DNA from: Tubiluchus corallicola
Lineage: Eukaryota > Animalia > Priapulida
Length of the DNA: 64,000 nucleotides
Reading direction: 5' to 3'
Assembly (NCBI GenBank): GCA_030141605.1
Contig: JAQGDQ010000624.1
Location: forward strand, 1-64,000
The notes under the pieces are model-generated. The model saw only the letters and a program-made list of their open reading frames with translations, did no database searches and was not told where the DNA came from. The translations under genes were made by a program, and so were the position numbers. Positions 12,755 to 27,372 of this stretch are shown in pieces (within the stretch, counting starts at the first letter, position 1; every line of letters starts with the position of its first letter).

Positions 12755-15700
12755 TTAATAATGTTAATCAACAAGCATTTTGCATAAAGTCGAAAGTACG
12801 TAAAACTGTATCGTGGTAAAAGTAACAAATCTACTATCCACACAGTCAGTAACGAGTGAAAATTTAAGAGCTATGCCAAGTGACGTGCAAGTATAAGGCT
12901 CTATATAGGTACTTTATGTGAACCTTATTGTCCAAAATGTTAGCCAAGTAGCAGAAAGAGGAGAACAGCACACACATAAGCACACACACACACACGCACG
13001 TGCGCGTGCACGCACACACACACAAAATCTGCCACTAACAAACCCACTATACTGCGATTTTATCCATCAAAATCAGTAATGCACCAAACCCAAATAAGGG
13101 AGAATGTATAAGGAGAGAATGAAGAATATCCCAACAGCAAACTTCTCTATGAAGCAATTTCTAGATCCTGTACATCTCGTAAACTGCAAGAATGAAAGTT
13201 GTAAAACGTATCAGAAATTCAGGAATTCAAACTACACCAACATGGCAAATGATATTGCGACTACTCACGGTAACCCTCCGATGATAAATAATGCATAAAC
13301 GTCCCTCTCGGATTTTTTAAGCAAAAAAATAATAGATGTTCCAACAACACCGGACTAGACGTTCCGCATTTTCTCAGTGAGAAAATACATTTTCATGAAG
13401 TTGAAATACGGCATTATCAGACCAAGAATTCAAATTGCAGCCGCTCTCGCCTGGCATACCTTCGACTTTTAGCGTGGGAATCAGCTAATGCAGTTGAGTC
13501 CAACTCATGGTAAAACGTTGATGGAGCAGAAATTCGTTTATTTCCACTAACCAAAAGACACAGAGAAAAGTTCACGCATTCAGTATCTTCATAGATAGCA
13601 AGCAATCTTTTGTTTTCCATTTGTTATATTCCTCCAGGGTTCTATTTCAACGCGAAATCTCATTTCCGCAAAAATTGATTTACTGATGAAAATTTTTTTA
13701 GGCGAAATTTTTACACTATTATCTTTAACAGAAACAACACATTGCTTAATCAACTGCTCAATAAACGTAGCTGATCAAGCTATTGCAGAACGCGTAAGAC
13801 ACAAATCTACGTAATTACGTTTGTTGTATATATGACATGTAGAATATCATAATAGAAGCTTCACATTTTACAGGATTGTGGGTGTTATCCTTCTGCATCA
13901 ATCAAAAAAAACTAAAATTAGTACTTTCTACGATTTAAAAAAATTGTTTATGAAAATGTTTCGTATTTCGGCTGTTTCGTAAACGCTGTTCAGTAACAAA
14001 TAATCCATTTTTATCGGCAATCTAAGTGCGATTATGAGACCCGACCGGTTTCGACAAGGTAAACATTTTGCCCCTAACAACAACATGTAGTTATCATTAG
14101 TGAGCTTAAACAACATGACGCTGATGACGACAATACCAGGCTAACTCATGTTTTTTTACACTGCATGAGAAAATTCACAGAAGTAGATTCATTTCTCAAT
14201 CAAGACTCGGGTTTGGGTCCTGTTTGGAAGACAGCAGTTGCTAAAGTGCCAGTCTTGAGAGCAGAAGGACCCGAACGTGTGAAAGCTTTCCGTGTGAACC
14301 ATTCCTTCAAATGTGTAACTAAGAAGTCATTAAAGGAAAGGCCAAGCTTTCTGGGAAGTTGGGCTTATTTCAGTGTTCGGAAAAAATATAAGACGGGTTT
14401 AATAATAAAAGAGTGATAAGCGCCTCGTGTAATTAGTAAAGCTACATTAAAGTCGCGATTATTTCAAATTGGTGCTCCCATGTTGAACGCCCATTCTTTC
14501 ACCAATGACGTCATCATCGACTGAAGAAAAGCAGCGCACTGTCAACTTCCATCAAAAGTACAATAAGTTTCTACAAAAAATTAAATAGCTAACCTAGTGA
14601 AATTTTACATGAACATTAGGTAAGCTGCAGAAGTTAGAATTAGTTTAAACAGTGTGCGCCTATGAAACTCCACCAGATACGTCATAATTTTCAAGCAAGT
14701 GGTGACTACTACCACGCCTGAAAATTTTTATGCAGTGGTAGTATACACCAACTTTATGATTTATAGACACTTATTTGCAATTTTTTTGTTATATTTTTAT
14801 ATAACATAATATTACTGTTATATTAAGTGATAACAGTAAAATAAACCCAATATGCTAAGTGGCTTGTCCTTTCCTTTAAAAGAATATAATTATCTTTTTC
14901 CAGTTCTTGTTGTAAGCATTTTGGTTCTTCAACAACTATATCTTCTAAAGTCTAAACGAAAAACCGGTCCATTGTCCGCTGCAAGATATTATGAAATTGA
15001 TACCAAAAATTCAAGATCATTTATTCCGCAGAGATCCCAGAACAGCAGCCACTAATTTCATTCCACGCTACAAATTCTCTCTGATCTACGAGCACCAAAT
15101 GAAAACTTATAATGGCTTCCTGGCCAAACTGGATGGTAGCAAATATCATTATTAATGGCTGGCAGACACGCAATGAACAAAACATTAGCAAGGCTTGCAC
15201 GTTTCGCAACCACCATGGTACAGATTCATCATCAATTGAAATGAAATTTATGGTAATGTTTCTCTCTGTGTGTGTGCAGGAAAGTGAAAGGTACGAAAAC
15301 TGGGTGAAAACTGAATGAATTTACAAACAATGGCGGACCTAGCACCGATCCCTGCGGAACACCCTAGATTTCTACAAACAAGCTGGTAAAAGAGGCGCAT
15401 GAAGTAAAGGAAGAATAAATGTCCAGATTCCGATTCCTCTGACCACTATGCAATGATTTATGTACCATTATTGGACTTTCTTAGTTGCTTTCATTCAGCT
15501 CTTTGCCTACCAAGTACCCAGTCGTATATTGGTCTAGACTTTCCTGACGGTACCAGCTTCTATCGCGTGCTACAAATGAACTAGAAATCTATGAATGTTT
15601 AGTAAATAGATCATATCACGACAGATGCAGGCACAAGGGAATTGCTGAATAGAATACCGAAATAGATCCATTTGAAAATTGCTGCTTTTCAAAATCCGCT

Positions 15701-18700
15701 GATGCGGCAAGTGAAATGTTTTTAAACGAACGAATACGACCACGCCAGTCATGCATCGCCGTGTTATGTATGCAAAATAAATAATTCATGCCAAAGTAGT
15801 TTTATATAGTTTTTATATGCAATTTTGTGTACACTTAGTATATGTAAAACAATATGCCAATATTTTTCATCACATTTCTCATTTCATTGTAACGCTACGT
15901 CTGTGACTATTTCACGAAAACAAAAATATCAAGTTCTATATTTGTCACGACATACCAAATAGATTTAAGCAGATTTCCTCCAATTTCTAGCATAACATGA
16001 ATAATAATAGGCGCTCTGTTTTTATAGATTTCAGTCCAACCTTACAGCAGTAAATGCGGGTCAGCGAAGTTAGTTAAGCAACATAAGATGCAAAATGTTA
16101 TAATTAGTAACCTACAAGGTACAAGGAGTTGGGCAACCAAAAACCAATAATTATTTGGGAAATAGTTGCTCTTAATATTATGTGGAGGCAGAATTTAGTG
16201 ATATCGTGGGCGATGTTGAGTGAATAATTCAAGATTAAAGGTCAATAACAATTCAAAACCTATAAGAGGTTTAGCACCAAAACTTTAACATTGGAGACAG
16301 AACTTAGTGGGTCAGCCGGCGACCAATGACAAAACAGCAAAATGCAAAAAATCAAAACAACTGAATTTATTGCAACCACATCCAGAAAACAACTTAAAGG
16401 TACCATCTGAAACCACAACAGTTAAGTGCAAGTAATCTATGGTTAGGGATGCCACCTCGTCGCCAACTGAAATCAGTAGTCAAGAGCCAGCTGGGGGGGG
16501 GGGTGAGTCTGAACCTGGGAGGCCTTCTTCCGAAACAAAAATAAAAAAAATTAAACCTAAACCACAGTACAGATTTCTGGATTTTAGACTCTAAAAAAGC
16601 CTTGTAAACCTAAAACTAACAAAAGTGCAAAGAGTGTACATCAATTTTTGGAGTCTCTTTCCAGTCCCAATGCATTTACTATGTTTTTGAGATTTCTGGT
16701 GACAGTTTGTTGTGTGAATTAAAGCTAAGCCGGAAGATTGTTTGCACTGGAGCACTTACGGCTGCAGCAAAAATTATTGGCGAAAAATGTAAACAGCGTT
16801 AATGATGAGGCCATGTAAAAGTCTAAACTTAATTTAATGAGTTTACTATTTTACTTAAGAAAGGTTCTTCTATTTTTAGCTTAGTTCTTAACGTTTCAAT
16901 AGTATGCTAGATGTATTTCCCGTTTTTCCCACTTAGATTTCAACGCAATGGCCGAAATCAGGAGATTTCATAATTTTCCAAACGTGCGACCGAAGTCCGG
17001 ATGTATGGCTGAGTTTCAGGAGACTCCGGGCCAAATCAGGACTGGTGGCAACCCTATCTGTCTGCCATAAAAGATATAGCAGCGCCGCCAGCGAAGCCAC
17101 TCAAAATAAAAATCCTCTTTATTTTAATGTGAAAACAGTACGAAACACCTAGCTTCTAAGATTAAAGCAGTTGCCCATGAAAGCAGCAGCAATTGCTAGT
17201 GCTTCATGAACTAAACGATCTAGCAGAACTCATTTTCCAATCCCAAAAACTCTCAGGTAAATGTCGAGAAAGAGATCAATGAGGCTTTTAATGGCCAGCT
17301 CTGTTTAACAGCCATAGTCTAAACGACTTCTAGAGATGAAATCGTATGGCTTCACTTGACAATCTCAACCTGTAGCAAATGAGCAAAGAGAGAAGCCATA
17401 ATAATGGTGCCGGAAGGAAACTCTGTGATTCCGAGGTACTAATTTAGGTTGTTGAAAGTCTGCGCTGAGCCTGCTGAGATCAGTGTCACGATTACTGAGT
17501 TATTAGGTGAATGCTTGCTTTAAAACCAAGAGGACAAGGTTCGTTGGCATACATCCATCAGGTAAAGGCCTATTTGCCTTCAACTAAGAGGATAGACATC
17601 AGATGACAGTATACTTCAGATAAATGCCTGTACATAAATCGGAAAACACCAATCGACGAGCGCGGGTCAACTACGCAATGGCCAATCAAAGCACTCCTTT
17701 TATGGCACTCATTCCCAGCTGCGTGTCACAAAAGCTAATCAGGAACACACGCGGGAAATGTATGAACATAATTATACTAGAGGCGACAAATTCAATTATG
17801 TAGGACTATGTGTTATTATTATTTTAATTTTATCCAGCCAAAATTCCTGCAACTAAAATTTGTTTAGCAATAAAACCGAGACATTATAATTGTGAAACGT
17901 TGGTTGGGTAGTTCCAGGCACTGCAAAGGTTAAAAAGGGTTAAACAAACGTGCCGCTGGATCAAAATTAATCTCTCTCAGTTTGGGAGACAACAAGAGCT
18001 GAACACTTTCAAATTGATAAATTGTTTCCTATTTTTTTAACTTAAGTTTTTACACTGTTTCTGTTCACTATTGGCTGCATGCAAGACAGGTATGTAGATT
18101 ATATGCAGACTACATGCACAGGAAGAGGTTGCCAAATACTACTCTACAGCAGAAAATAACATTAATGTTTATTAAAGGAAAAAAGATCATTTTTCATATT
18201 TTGCCCCATTTTATAAGTGCGCTAAAAGTGTACATTTTAAGACCCACAAAAATGCCAAAGCGTTTCTGATTAAGTAAATAATAGGTTAAAACTAATAGGT
18301 CAACGTGAGGCGAGCCCAACTAGTGATGACATCACAACTGACGTAATAATTCTTTCGCGTAAATAATTCTTGAAAAAAAGACAGTTTGAGGTTGAGCGTC
18401 CAGTATTTGGCAGAACTCTAAAATAATATTTACAAAAGTTATCTGGGGTAATTTATGTTCATCCATATATTGCTTAATTACACCAGGCTTTTACACTGAT
18501 GATGCGCAAATTTTATATCAAGAACTAATTTCATTCAAGTATAATTAAAAAAGAAAAAATAATAATTTCACGACAAGTTTGTGTGACAACTGACATTTTT
18601 TCATTAACGCGCAGCATACTGATTTAGCGCACATATCCTAGAGTGAAGTCATTGGGATTTTGTGCAATGATTTGCTTGACAATTTCTTGTTGACCGCTAA

Positions 18701-21700
18701 GTAAAAAAGTGATATATTTTCTGCAGTTTTCTACAAAAAATTACCAAAACTGCAAGCATTCTTCACATTTTTTGGATTTTTTCTGGTTTCCCTAGAGATT
18801 GTATAACCGCTGTCAGAGAGCAAGAATTTGTGAGACTGTGCCGCGCATGCTCAGCTGAAGTGCCACGTTCGTTTTGCATTAGGACAAACACATCGTAAAA
18901 AAGAAAAAAAAAACTAAAACGAATCAAATTCATTTAATCTGTACGGCTTTCAAGAATGACTCTCTTTTGGCTTACTCGAAGCAAATTCAGAAAGTCTCTG
19001 TAAAGTTTTCCAACCTCTGTTTGGTTTGATGGACATCTAGAAAGATGGGTGTCTGTCAATATTTTTAAAGAACATTTCAAAATAGACAATGAGTACATCT
19101 AAGAGCTGGTGAAGTTCAAGGAACTTAATCAATTTTGTTTGAGCAACAAATTGCTCCACTGGACGCCGAGACTTTACACCCTGGAGCGAATGCCCTGGTG
19201 TCATGTATTAGATCATAAATTAACCCCATTTTCAATCAAGTAAGAGACACAGCTGCCACAAACGAGGTTAAAGGAAGACAGGATGATTTTTCATACACTA
19301 CCCCATTTTCAAGTCCGATATCCGATAAAAAGTATACATTTTAACACCAGTAATACTGCAAAAGCGTTTCTGATAATTAAATAATAGATTAAAAATTTAA
19401 TTAACGGCAACGAGAATAATTATTTATGACATCACAAACTAACATAATTTTCAACAGCAAAAATATTCCACGAGCGTGTTCCAAGTGTTTGTGAAAGCGA
19501 AAATTGAAGTACAGTACTGTAAGAGATTCAGCGTGTTGTATTAAAACTCAGCAAGTATTAAGAAAAAAACTGAAATTTCAAATTTACCACTGTGCTCACG
19601 CATGAGCTGTCGAACGTGTGTAGTTCATCACAAACTAACATATCTGAAATGAAAGGTACAGTATTTGTTTTTTGTCCAAGGCATTTCTGAAATGTAGGCG
19701 CTAGTGTCAGTCTAACTAGCGAATGGCGAAATGCATGTAACAGCGGAGAATAGTGGCGCGAACGCGAAATTGTGTTTATGTGGTAATAATTTCTTCACGT
19801 AAGTCATTCTTAAAAACGAGTAGGTTTCCTTTCAATATTTTAAATGACCTGTAGTATAAGATTGGGTCCGGTCTTGATTTAAAGCACGCACAATTAAAAA
19901 CTAATCATACAATGTATATACTAGCACAGTACGCAGTTGTAGTCTCTAAAGTCTAAACTTTATGGAAAATTATGCAACTGTAGTTTCATAATGACGAAAT
20001 GACGAAATTATAAACAATTCCTAGTTGCCAATTTCGGTTTTCGAACTGCAACTAAACGTGTGCCACGTTTAATACGTCTTAGCGAACCAACCTCGTGGAT
20101 TACTTGCACGATATTGGCCAGAAAATCCTTTAGTTGACTACATTTTAAGTGATTGTACAGTACTTTTGTAAAAAGTTTAATCCTAACGAACACAGTGGCG
20201 TGCAACTAGCATCGTAAGTATGCTGCATCTTACAGACTGTGGGCAAAACAGTTCAACATTTTGCATACGGGTAGCGTCGGTTTGCAGACGACCTAACAAC
20301 AAAAGATCGAAATGTCTGGATGTTAATTCTGAGTGCTTTCATTATAACTTCAATTACTTGGAAACCGTGGTCTCCAAGGTGACCGCTTCAGGGTCTTCGT
20401 GCTTATAACCACAAACTTTTAACAGAAAACTAATTTATACGTCCTGCCAAATCCAATGTTGGCAAATAACCGTTTCATTTTAGTAGCTCTGGAAGATGAA
20501 AATCAGGCGATTTAATACCATTGAATCTTATAATGCGTTATGAATATGTATTAGAATTACACGCTGATGGAGAAATATAAATCATTGCGCTCCGTGTGAA
20601 AGCGAAAACTTCACTAGATAAATTGACTGAAAGAAATTCACGAAAGAAAGTTATTGGATGAAAGGGCGACAAAAATTGCCCTGGTTTTAGAGAAACATCT
20701 AGAAGTAGTATGGGATGAGTCAACTAGGTAATTAAAGAACTAGCTTAAAACTTTAGATTGCGCACTAGCAGTCCTTTACATACCAAAAAATTTAAAATTG
20801 TAGATTACAAATCAGCAGTCCTTTACATACCAAAAATAGTTTAAAATTTTAGGTCACCCACCAGGAGTCCTTTATATATAAAAATAGCTTAAAATTTTAG
20901 ATTACACACTAGCTGTCACAAAAGATACCTTAAAATTTTAGATTACGCACTAGCTGTTACAAAAGATAGCTTAAAATTTTAGATCACGTACTAGCAGTCC
21001 TTTATATATAAAAATAGCTTAAAATTTTAGATCACGTACTAGCAGTCCTTTATATATAAAAATAGTTTAAAATTTTAGATCACCCACCAGCAATCCTTTA
21101 TATATAAAAATAGCCTAAAATTTTAGATCACGTACCAACAGTCCTTTATGTATAAAAATAGTTTAAATTTCAGATCACCCACTAGCAATCCTTTATGTAT
21201 AAATATAGCCTAAAATTTTAGATCACGTACCAGCAGTCCTTTATAACGAAAAAGCTTATCCATGCACAAGAAAATAAAGAATGATTTCAGGGAAAGTTTC
21301 AATACGAACAGATATGTTAATGGTTCTTATTTGGCAAGCTACCTGGTGGACCAATTTTAACCAGACAGAAACCTTACCAAAACTTCCCATACAACAAGAA
21401 TGAAAAGAGTCACAACATTTTAATAGTCTTACAAGGCCCGAAGCCATACGCAATCAAACACCGAGTGCCTCATTACATGTTGCCTAGAAGAAGCCAAAAG
21501 CCAATTAGATTAAGAGATTCCTCCTCTCAGTGCTGTGAAATTCAGGGACGAATTTCATCCACCAAACGCCGTCCTTCAATATATGAGTAGCAGTAGCAGA
21601 CGACTCAGTGGGGGCAAACAAGATGAATGCAAGAAAATAAATGTTAAATATTTCGATACATCAAATATGTTCTTTAAAGTAAGCTGGTAAACCAACTTTT

Positions 21701-24700
21701 TAATTAGTTAAAAATTGTAAATGCTATACATGATTTCTAAAAGATCAGCGTTTTACCTTCCCACTTACAAAAAGGGGATTTCATTTTTCTCTCTTAAAGG
21801 AAAGCCTCTCTAAAGAAAACTATGCTAATTTTAATGTTTGCGAAAAATGTTAGAAGAATTTAGTAATAAAATTGCAATAAGCGCCTCATGTAATTACTAA
21901 AATCACCTTAAAGTCGCGATCATGTCACGCTTGGGCGCTGTCATTTTGAGCGCCCATTTCCGACCAATGACGTCGTTCATCGGATGAAGAAGAGCAGCGC
22001 ACTGTCAATTTCCGTCAAAAGTATAAGTTTTTAAAAACATCAGATAGCTAATTTTGTAACATTTTTGCAAGAACATTAGGTAGGATTCAGAGGCGTGACT
22101 TAGTTTAAGCAGCGCAAATTTACGGAAAGCTAGGATGTGCTTACGAAAAGTCACGAAATCCATCAGTTACGTCATAATTTTCAAGTGAATGACAGCTGCT
22201 ACCACGCCTGAAAATTCCTATACAGCAGTAGTATTTATTAACTTTACGCTTTATAAACAATTTTTGCAAATTCTTTGTTATATTTTTCTAAGTATAAGTG
22301 ATAACAATAAAATTAAGCCTGCATGCTAAGTGACTGTTCATTTAAATCAGCTGTAATGTAAAAGGGCACCTCTTTCTGCTGAATAAAACATCAAAATCTG
22401 ATTCAGCGACCAAGTTTTATTGCATGTTTACATTCAATATTGCCAATCCAGCACAGACCCTCCAGTTAATAACTTCAAGTACGTAATTTATTTTCTGCAC
22501 ATTTCTGTTTTCGCAAATCCAATCAATTATGAACAGCGTTTTCAGCGTCAGCAACCCGCCCAGCCGCAACATTGTAACAATTTTCACTGCCGGTCGATAG
22601 CTAAATGAAATGTGAATATTTTAGAGGACACTCGACGCGAAACGTTCTGTTTGTGGTGGGTAAACAAAGCTTAATTGACTCCAACTCTTCCCGCGGAGAA
22701 GATCGGTGTTGCCTGGCCGATGAACTCGTGTTGCCAGCTGATTATCACGTCTGAATTCAATTTCGTTAAATGTTTTGCAAACAGAATTTAAATTTTCACT
22801 TAGCGGAAATGAGCAGGTCACCTTTGGTTGTCAAAGAGAGGGTCTTGAAGCCAAACAAAAGGAGGATTGAACTCAGGATAATGGCTTCAAGACAAGAATG
22901 CCACTGCCTTAGTGGCATAACAGGAATCAGGCATTGAGCAAGTAGTGCTTAGCTGAAAAGCATGTGTCAGCAATAGTCGCGATCTCTGTTTGTCAGTTCA
23001 TATACTCTTTGTTTACATCCTTCAGCAAGACTGCACAAGACAACCACAAACACTGATTCATTAATGTTTAATTACATTACCTTAAAATACGATGTCATGG
23101 TAATAGTTTTAGGTCTTTCACCAGGGCATTACAACAAAGGGCATTTTGAGATTAAGAATGAATTAATTCAATCAAACACGCATTTTGACACGCTTAATCT
23201 GTAAGCAATTTGTGACTCAAGTCACAAAAAAACTATAAAATTATGTTGTCATCACACAAACACAATATATCAATTAATACGTTCCACTTTTGAATGTAAA
23301 AAATAATAAAACTACAAAAATTGTTCGTTTTTTATTTATTATTTAATGCAAGGTGCATAATTGATTACATTGATGGCTGCAGCGAGACCGTAACTTAGCT
23401 CCCTATTAATGACAATTCTCCAAGACGATATAATGAACTGCCAGAAATGACTCAGTCATGTTCAGATACATATACATCCTCTCTCAGCAGAGAAACACTT
23501 GTAAACACTATAGAAGAGAAACATACGCATCCATTTACTAACCTGTCTCAGTGTTGCTTAACTGCCGCCACTAAGCTCACACCGTGGCCATTCTGTTAAT
23601 ATGTTATGCTTGCTGTCTAACTGCATACACGCATACTTCAACTAAGTGGTCGAAAGGCAATTTTCCAAACGTCAATTTAAACAGTTCTCAGTTTATGAAC
23701 ATTATGATTTTAAAAATTCAGCACTGCACGTAAGTTATGCAATTATATAAAATTATGAAGCTATCACGAATCACATTTCTTTCAATCTGTACGCCATTGT
23801 GGCGCCCTCTGCTGTCATTTCGCAAAGTTGCACTTATACAAATTAACTTTGCAGCACTCAAGAGAAATCTAGATAAAACCGGGGTATTAATGATGGCGTA
23901 ATTTATCTTTTAAGATTTACCTGATAAACGCTTTGAAATACGAAGAAAAGGAAATTCGACTAATCGGATATAGTATATTGTCTGTGTGTGGCATAAATTT
24001 TGCATGAAACCTTTCGTGGATTTTGAAAACTTAAATTAGTTTAAAGGAAAGCCCAATACATCTGGGAAGTTAGACCTTTTTCAATATTTGGAGAAAATGT
24101 TAGAAGGATTTAATATTAAAAATTTGATAGGATCTCGAATATTTAGTAAAATCATTATAACGCTGCGATCATTTCACACTTGGACGCTTCCATTCTGAAC
24201 GCTCATTATCCACCAAATGACGTTATTCATGGACTGAAGAAAAGCAGCGGACTGTTAATCTCCGTCGAAAGTATAGAAAGCTTACAAAAAATAGATAGCT
24301 AACTTCGTGATATTTTTGTATCAACATTAGGTAAGCTGAAGAAGTTAGAATTAGTTTAAGCAGGGCGCGTTTACGGAAATGTCACGAAGTCCACCAATTA
24401 CGTCATAGTTTGCAAGTGAATGGCAGCTACCACCACGTCAAAAATAGACTTTATAGCGGTAGTATAAATCAACTTTATGCTTCACAGCAGTATTTTTGAA
24501 AAATGTCTTTGTTATAGTTTTCAAGTTTAAGTGATAACAGTAAAATAAACTCAACATGCTAAATGACATGTCCTTTCCTTTAAGGATTCCAACAACAACT
24601 TGATAATGAAGTTCAATTGTAGTGACTAATTATTATAAAGGTCAGTATACAAACTGTCAAAGTTAGCAGTCGTTTCACTCGTCTGCAAGCGGCTAAGTGG

Positions 24701-26800
24701 ACAGCAATTTTTGGGCCACCCACTAGGGCGGTAACAAGCATGGTGAATTCGAAAAATATGCTACACTAAATGCCTTCTTCTCACGTGACCTTGCACAAGG
24801 ATAAATCAAATAAAGCTTACAGTTCACCAAGATGTATTAAACTACTGCATAGAGAGTAATTTAAAACTCAGCGGGGTCGCGGAGAATGGCCGTTTTTTTC
24901 TTTACAACGTACCCATCGCAAAGCATCAGTGTCTTCACTCTTTCTATGATTTCAGTATAACCAGCCTCCATTTGAATGTTAGGCCGTTTTCACACGTTGA
25001 AATTCTTCAAAACCACAATTTCCACGTAGAACATCCATTGCGATGAATTACTACACCAGTTTATTGATTTTACACACTTCAACAATTCTTACAATTCTTC
25101 TGCCGACTCCATTACTTCTCTCTCTCAGTTTTACAACAACTTCACCACCCGAGCCACAACCTTATTAATAGAAGCACAGACTTTGTGTAAGCGCTGCAGG
25201 AATTACCTGTAATACACAGGTAACAGCTCAGGTATAAAACAGGTGTTATATTGTAATGAGCCAATCATTAAACACGCCGATCGTACTACAGGGCTTAATT
25301 AAGTTCACAATGAGTGAATACAACTGCTACCGAGAGAGAACCAATTATTGACTTATGGATATATGATCATTGTTAACGGTTGTCAGTAACCGTTAGTTTT
25401 TATTGTAGAGGCTTTGACTCTCCGTAAGGCTTTCTAGCAAAAACGGAAAGTTTGCAGAAGAAAGGAAGGAGTTCAAACGAGTTTGCGAGTTTAAAAAATC
25501 GTTTTCATAGATTATTTAGTAAAACCGAAAAACAAATATTAGCTGTTTCATCGTGTATATTTCTACACATCATTCTTTATTATTTTCAAAATTTTTTTGA
25601 TGATACATTAAAATGCAACACAGATTTACATGCTGTGAAATATGTGAATTATAAACAAACAAATACATATATTTACGTGCAAGCAAATAAGCAAGCAGAC
25701 GAACAAATGAACAAACAAAAAACAAATACATATATGCACACATACAAACAGGCCAACAAAAAACAAACAAGCATACATGCATAATGCAGACATACATTCA
25801 TAACCACATTTTATATGTTCTTTTATTTTATGCATACGAAGTAATAACGATTTGCATAACCATTCACAAAACGAGTGGTCACTCCAGGTGAGGGGGTTAC
25901 AGTAAGGGAGGGGGGGGGAAGATTTGAACATCATTTACGTATGAAACGACATTTCTTTATACAAATCGTGCATCAAGCACGGAGTAAAAGAACACTACTG
26001 TGTCACTGAGGTCATTAAACACCATGTTCGTGACAATTTTACATGACTCGTTAATGATGTGCGGATGAGGATGCCGAAGAGACGCCACAAAAGCGAAAAA
26101 TCTCACGACGGATAATGCAGAATCAGCAGTAGAAAATGCTTTCCAAAAGCCATCTTACTAAAACTTACAGACCATGACGCAAGGCATAATGAAATGTAGA
26201 AATGCATCTATCCAAGGATGGGCGTTCTTTGAAGATGTAGCAGCTCTTGAGCGCTCTTCAAAGAATGTCACACTCAGCACCCAATCTGGTTTCATTTAGA
26301 AAAGAGGAAAAGCCCGACGTCGGACAATTTCCGAAAAAATGTTGCAGCTCTAGTATCAAACTGTGAATTCCAGGTGTAGGTGGGGCGCAGGGCGCTCGCG
26401 ACAAAATCGCAGCGCGCCGCGAAAATCAAAAGTAGAAATTTTTACGACCCTTTTATAACTAAAGATATAAGCAGAGAGTACGCTCAAATTGTCAGAATAG
26501 GAAATCTTGTCCACCGCATTGCACAGAGATATTGCTTTTGCCACTGGCTTCACTGGCTTCATTTCTTTACTTGATGACGTGTGACAAGGAGAGAAATATT
26601 GTCACAAAGTAGCAGCATCTGTGACGGGAATTACAATAAAATGGCTAATATATCACCTCGGCAGAATTTTCACAGACTTGACTGCAAACCGAAAGAACTA
26701 TGATGAAATTACTTCAGTAATGACGATCAACTAGTACAGTAACTGATGAAATTCGACTTATTATTATATAAGTACAAGTCAACATCATCACCATCGTCAT

Positions 26801-26832
<32 letters not shown>

Positions 26833-26941
26833 TCATCAAAACCATCACCATCATCATCGTTATCATCACCGTCACCGTCATCGTCACCATCACCATCACA
26901 TCACCATCACCACCACCACCAACACCATCATCATCATTATC

Positions 26942-26989
<48 letters not shown>

Positions 26990-27313
26990 CCACCACCACC
27001 ACCATCATCGTCATCACCACCATCGTCGTCGTCGTCACCACCATCGTCGTCGTTACCGCCGCCGCCACAACCACCGCCACCATCATCATCATCCCAATGC
27101 CATTGCCAAAAACAATGTAGTTAGTTGTAAACAGTACAAAGTCAATATCATCATCACCGCTATCACCACCGCCGCCGCCGCCGGTGTCATCATCATCATC
27201 TTCACCATCACATCACTATCGTCACCATCACCATTATCATCATCATCATCATCATCACCATCACCATTACCACCACCACCACCACCACCACCACCATCGC
27301 CACCACCATCACT

Positions 27314-27372
<59 letters not shown>

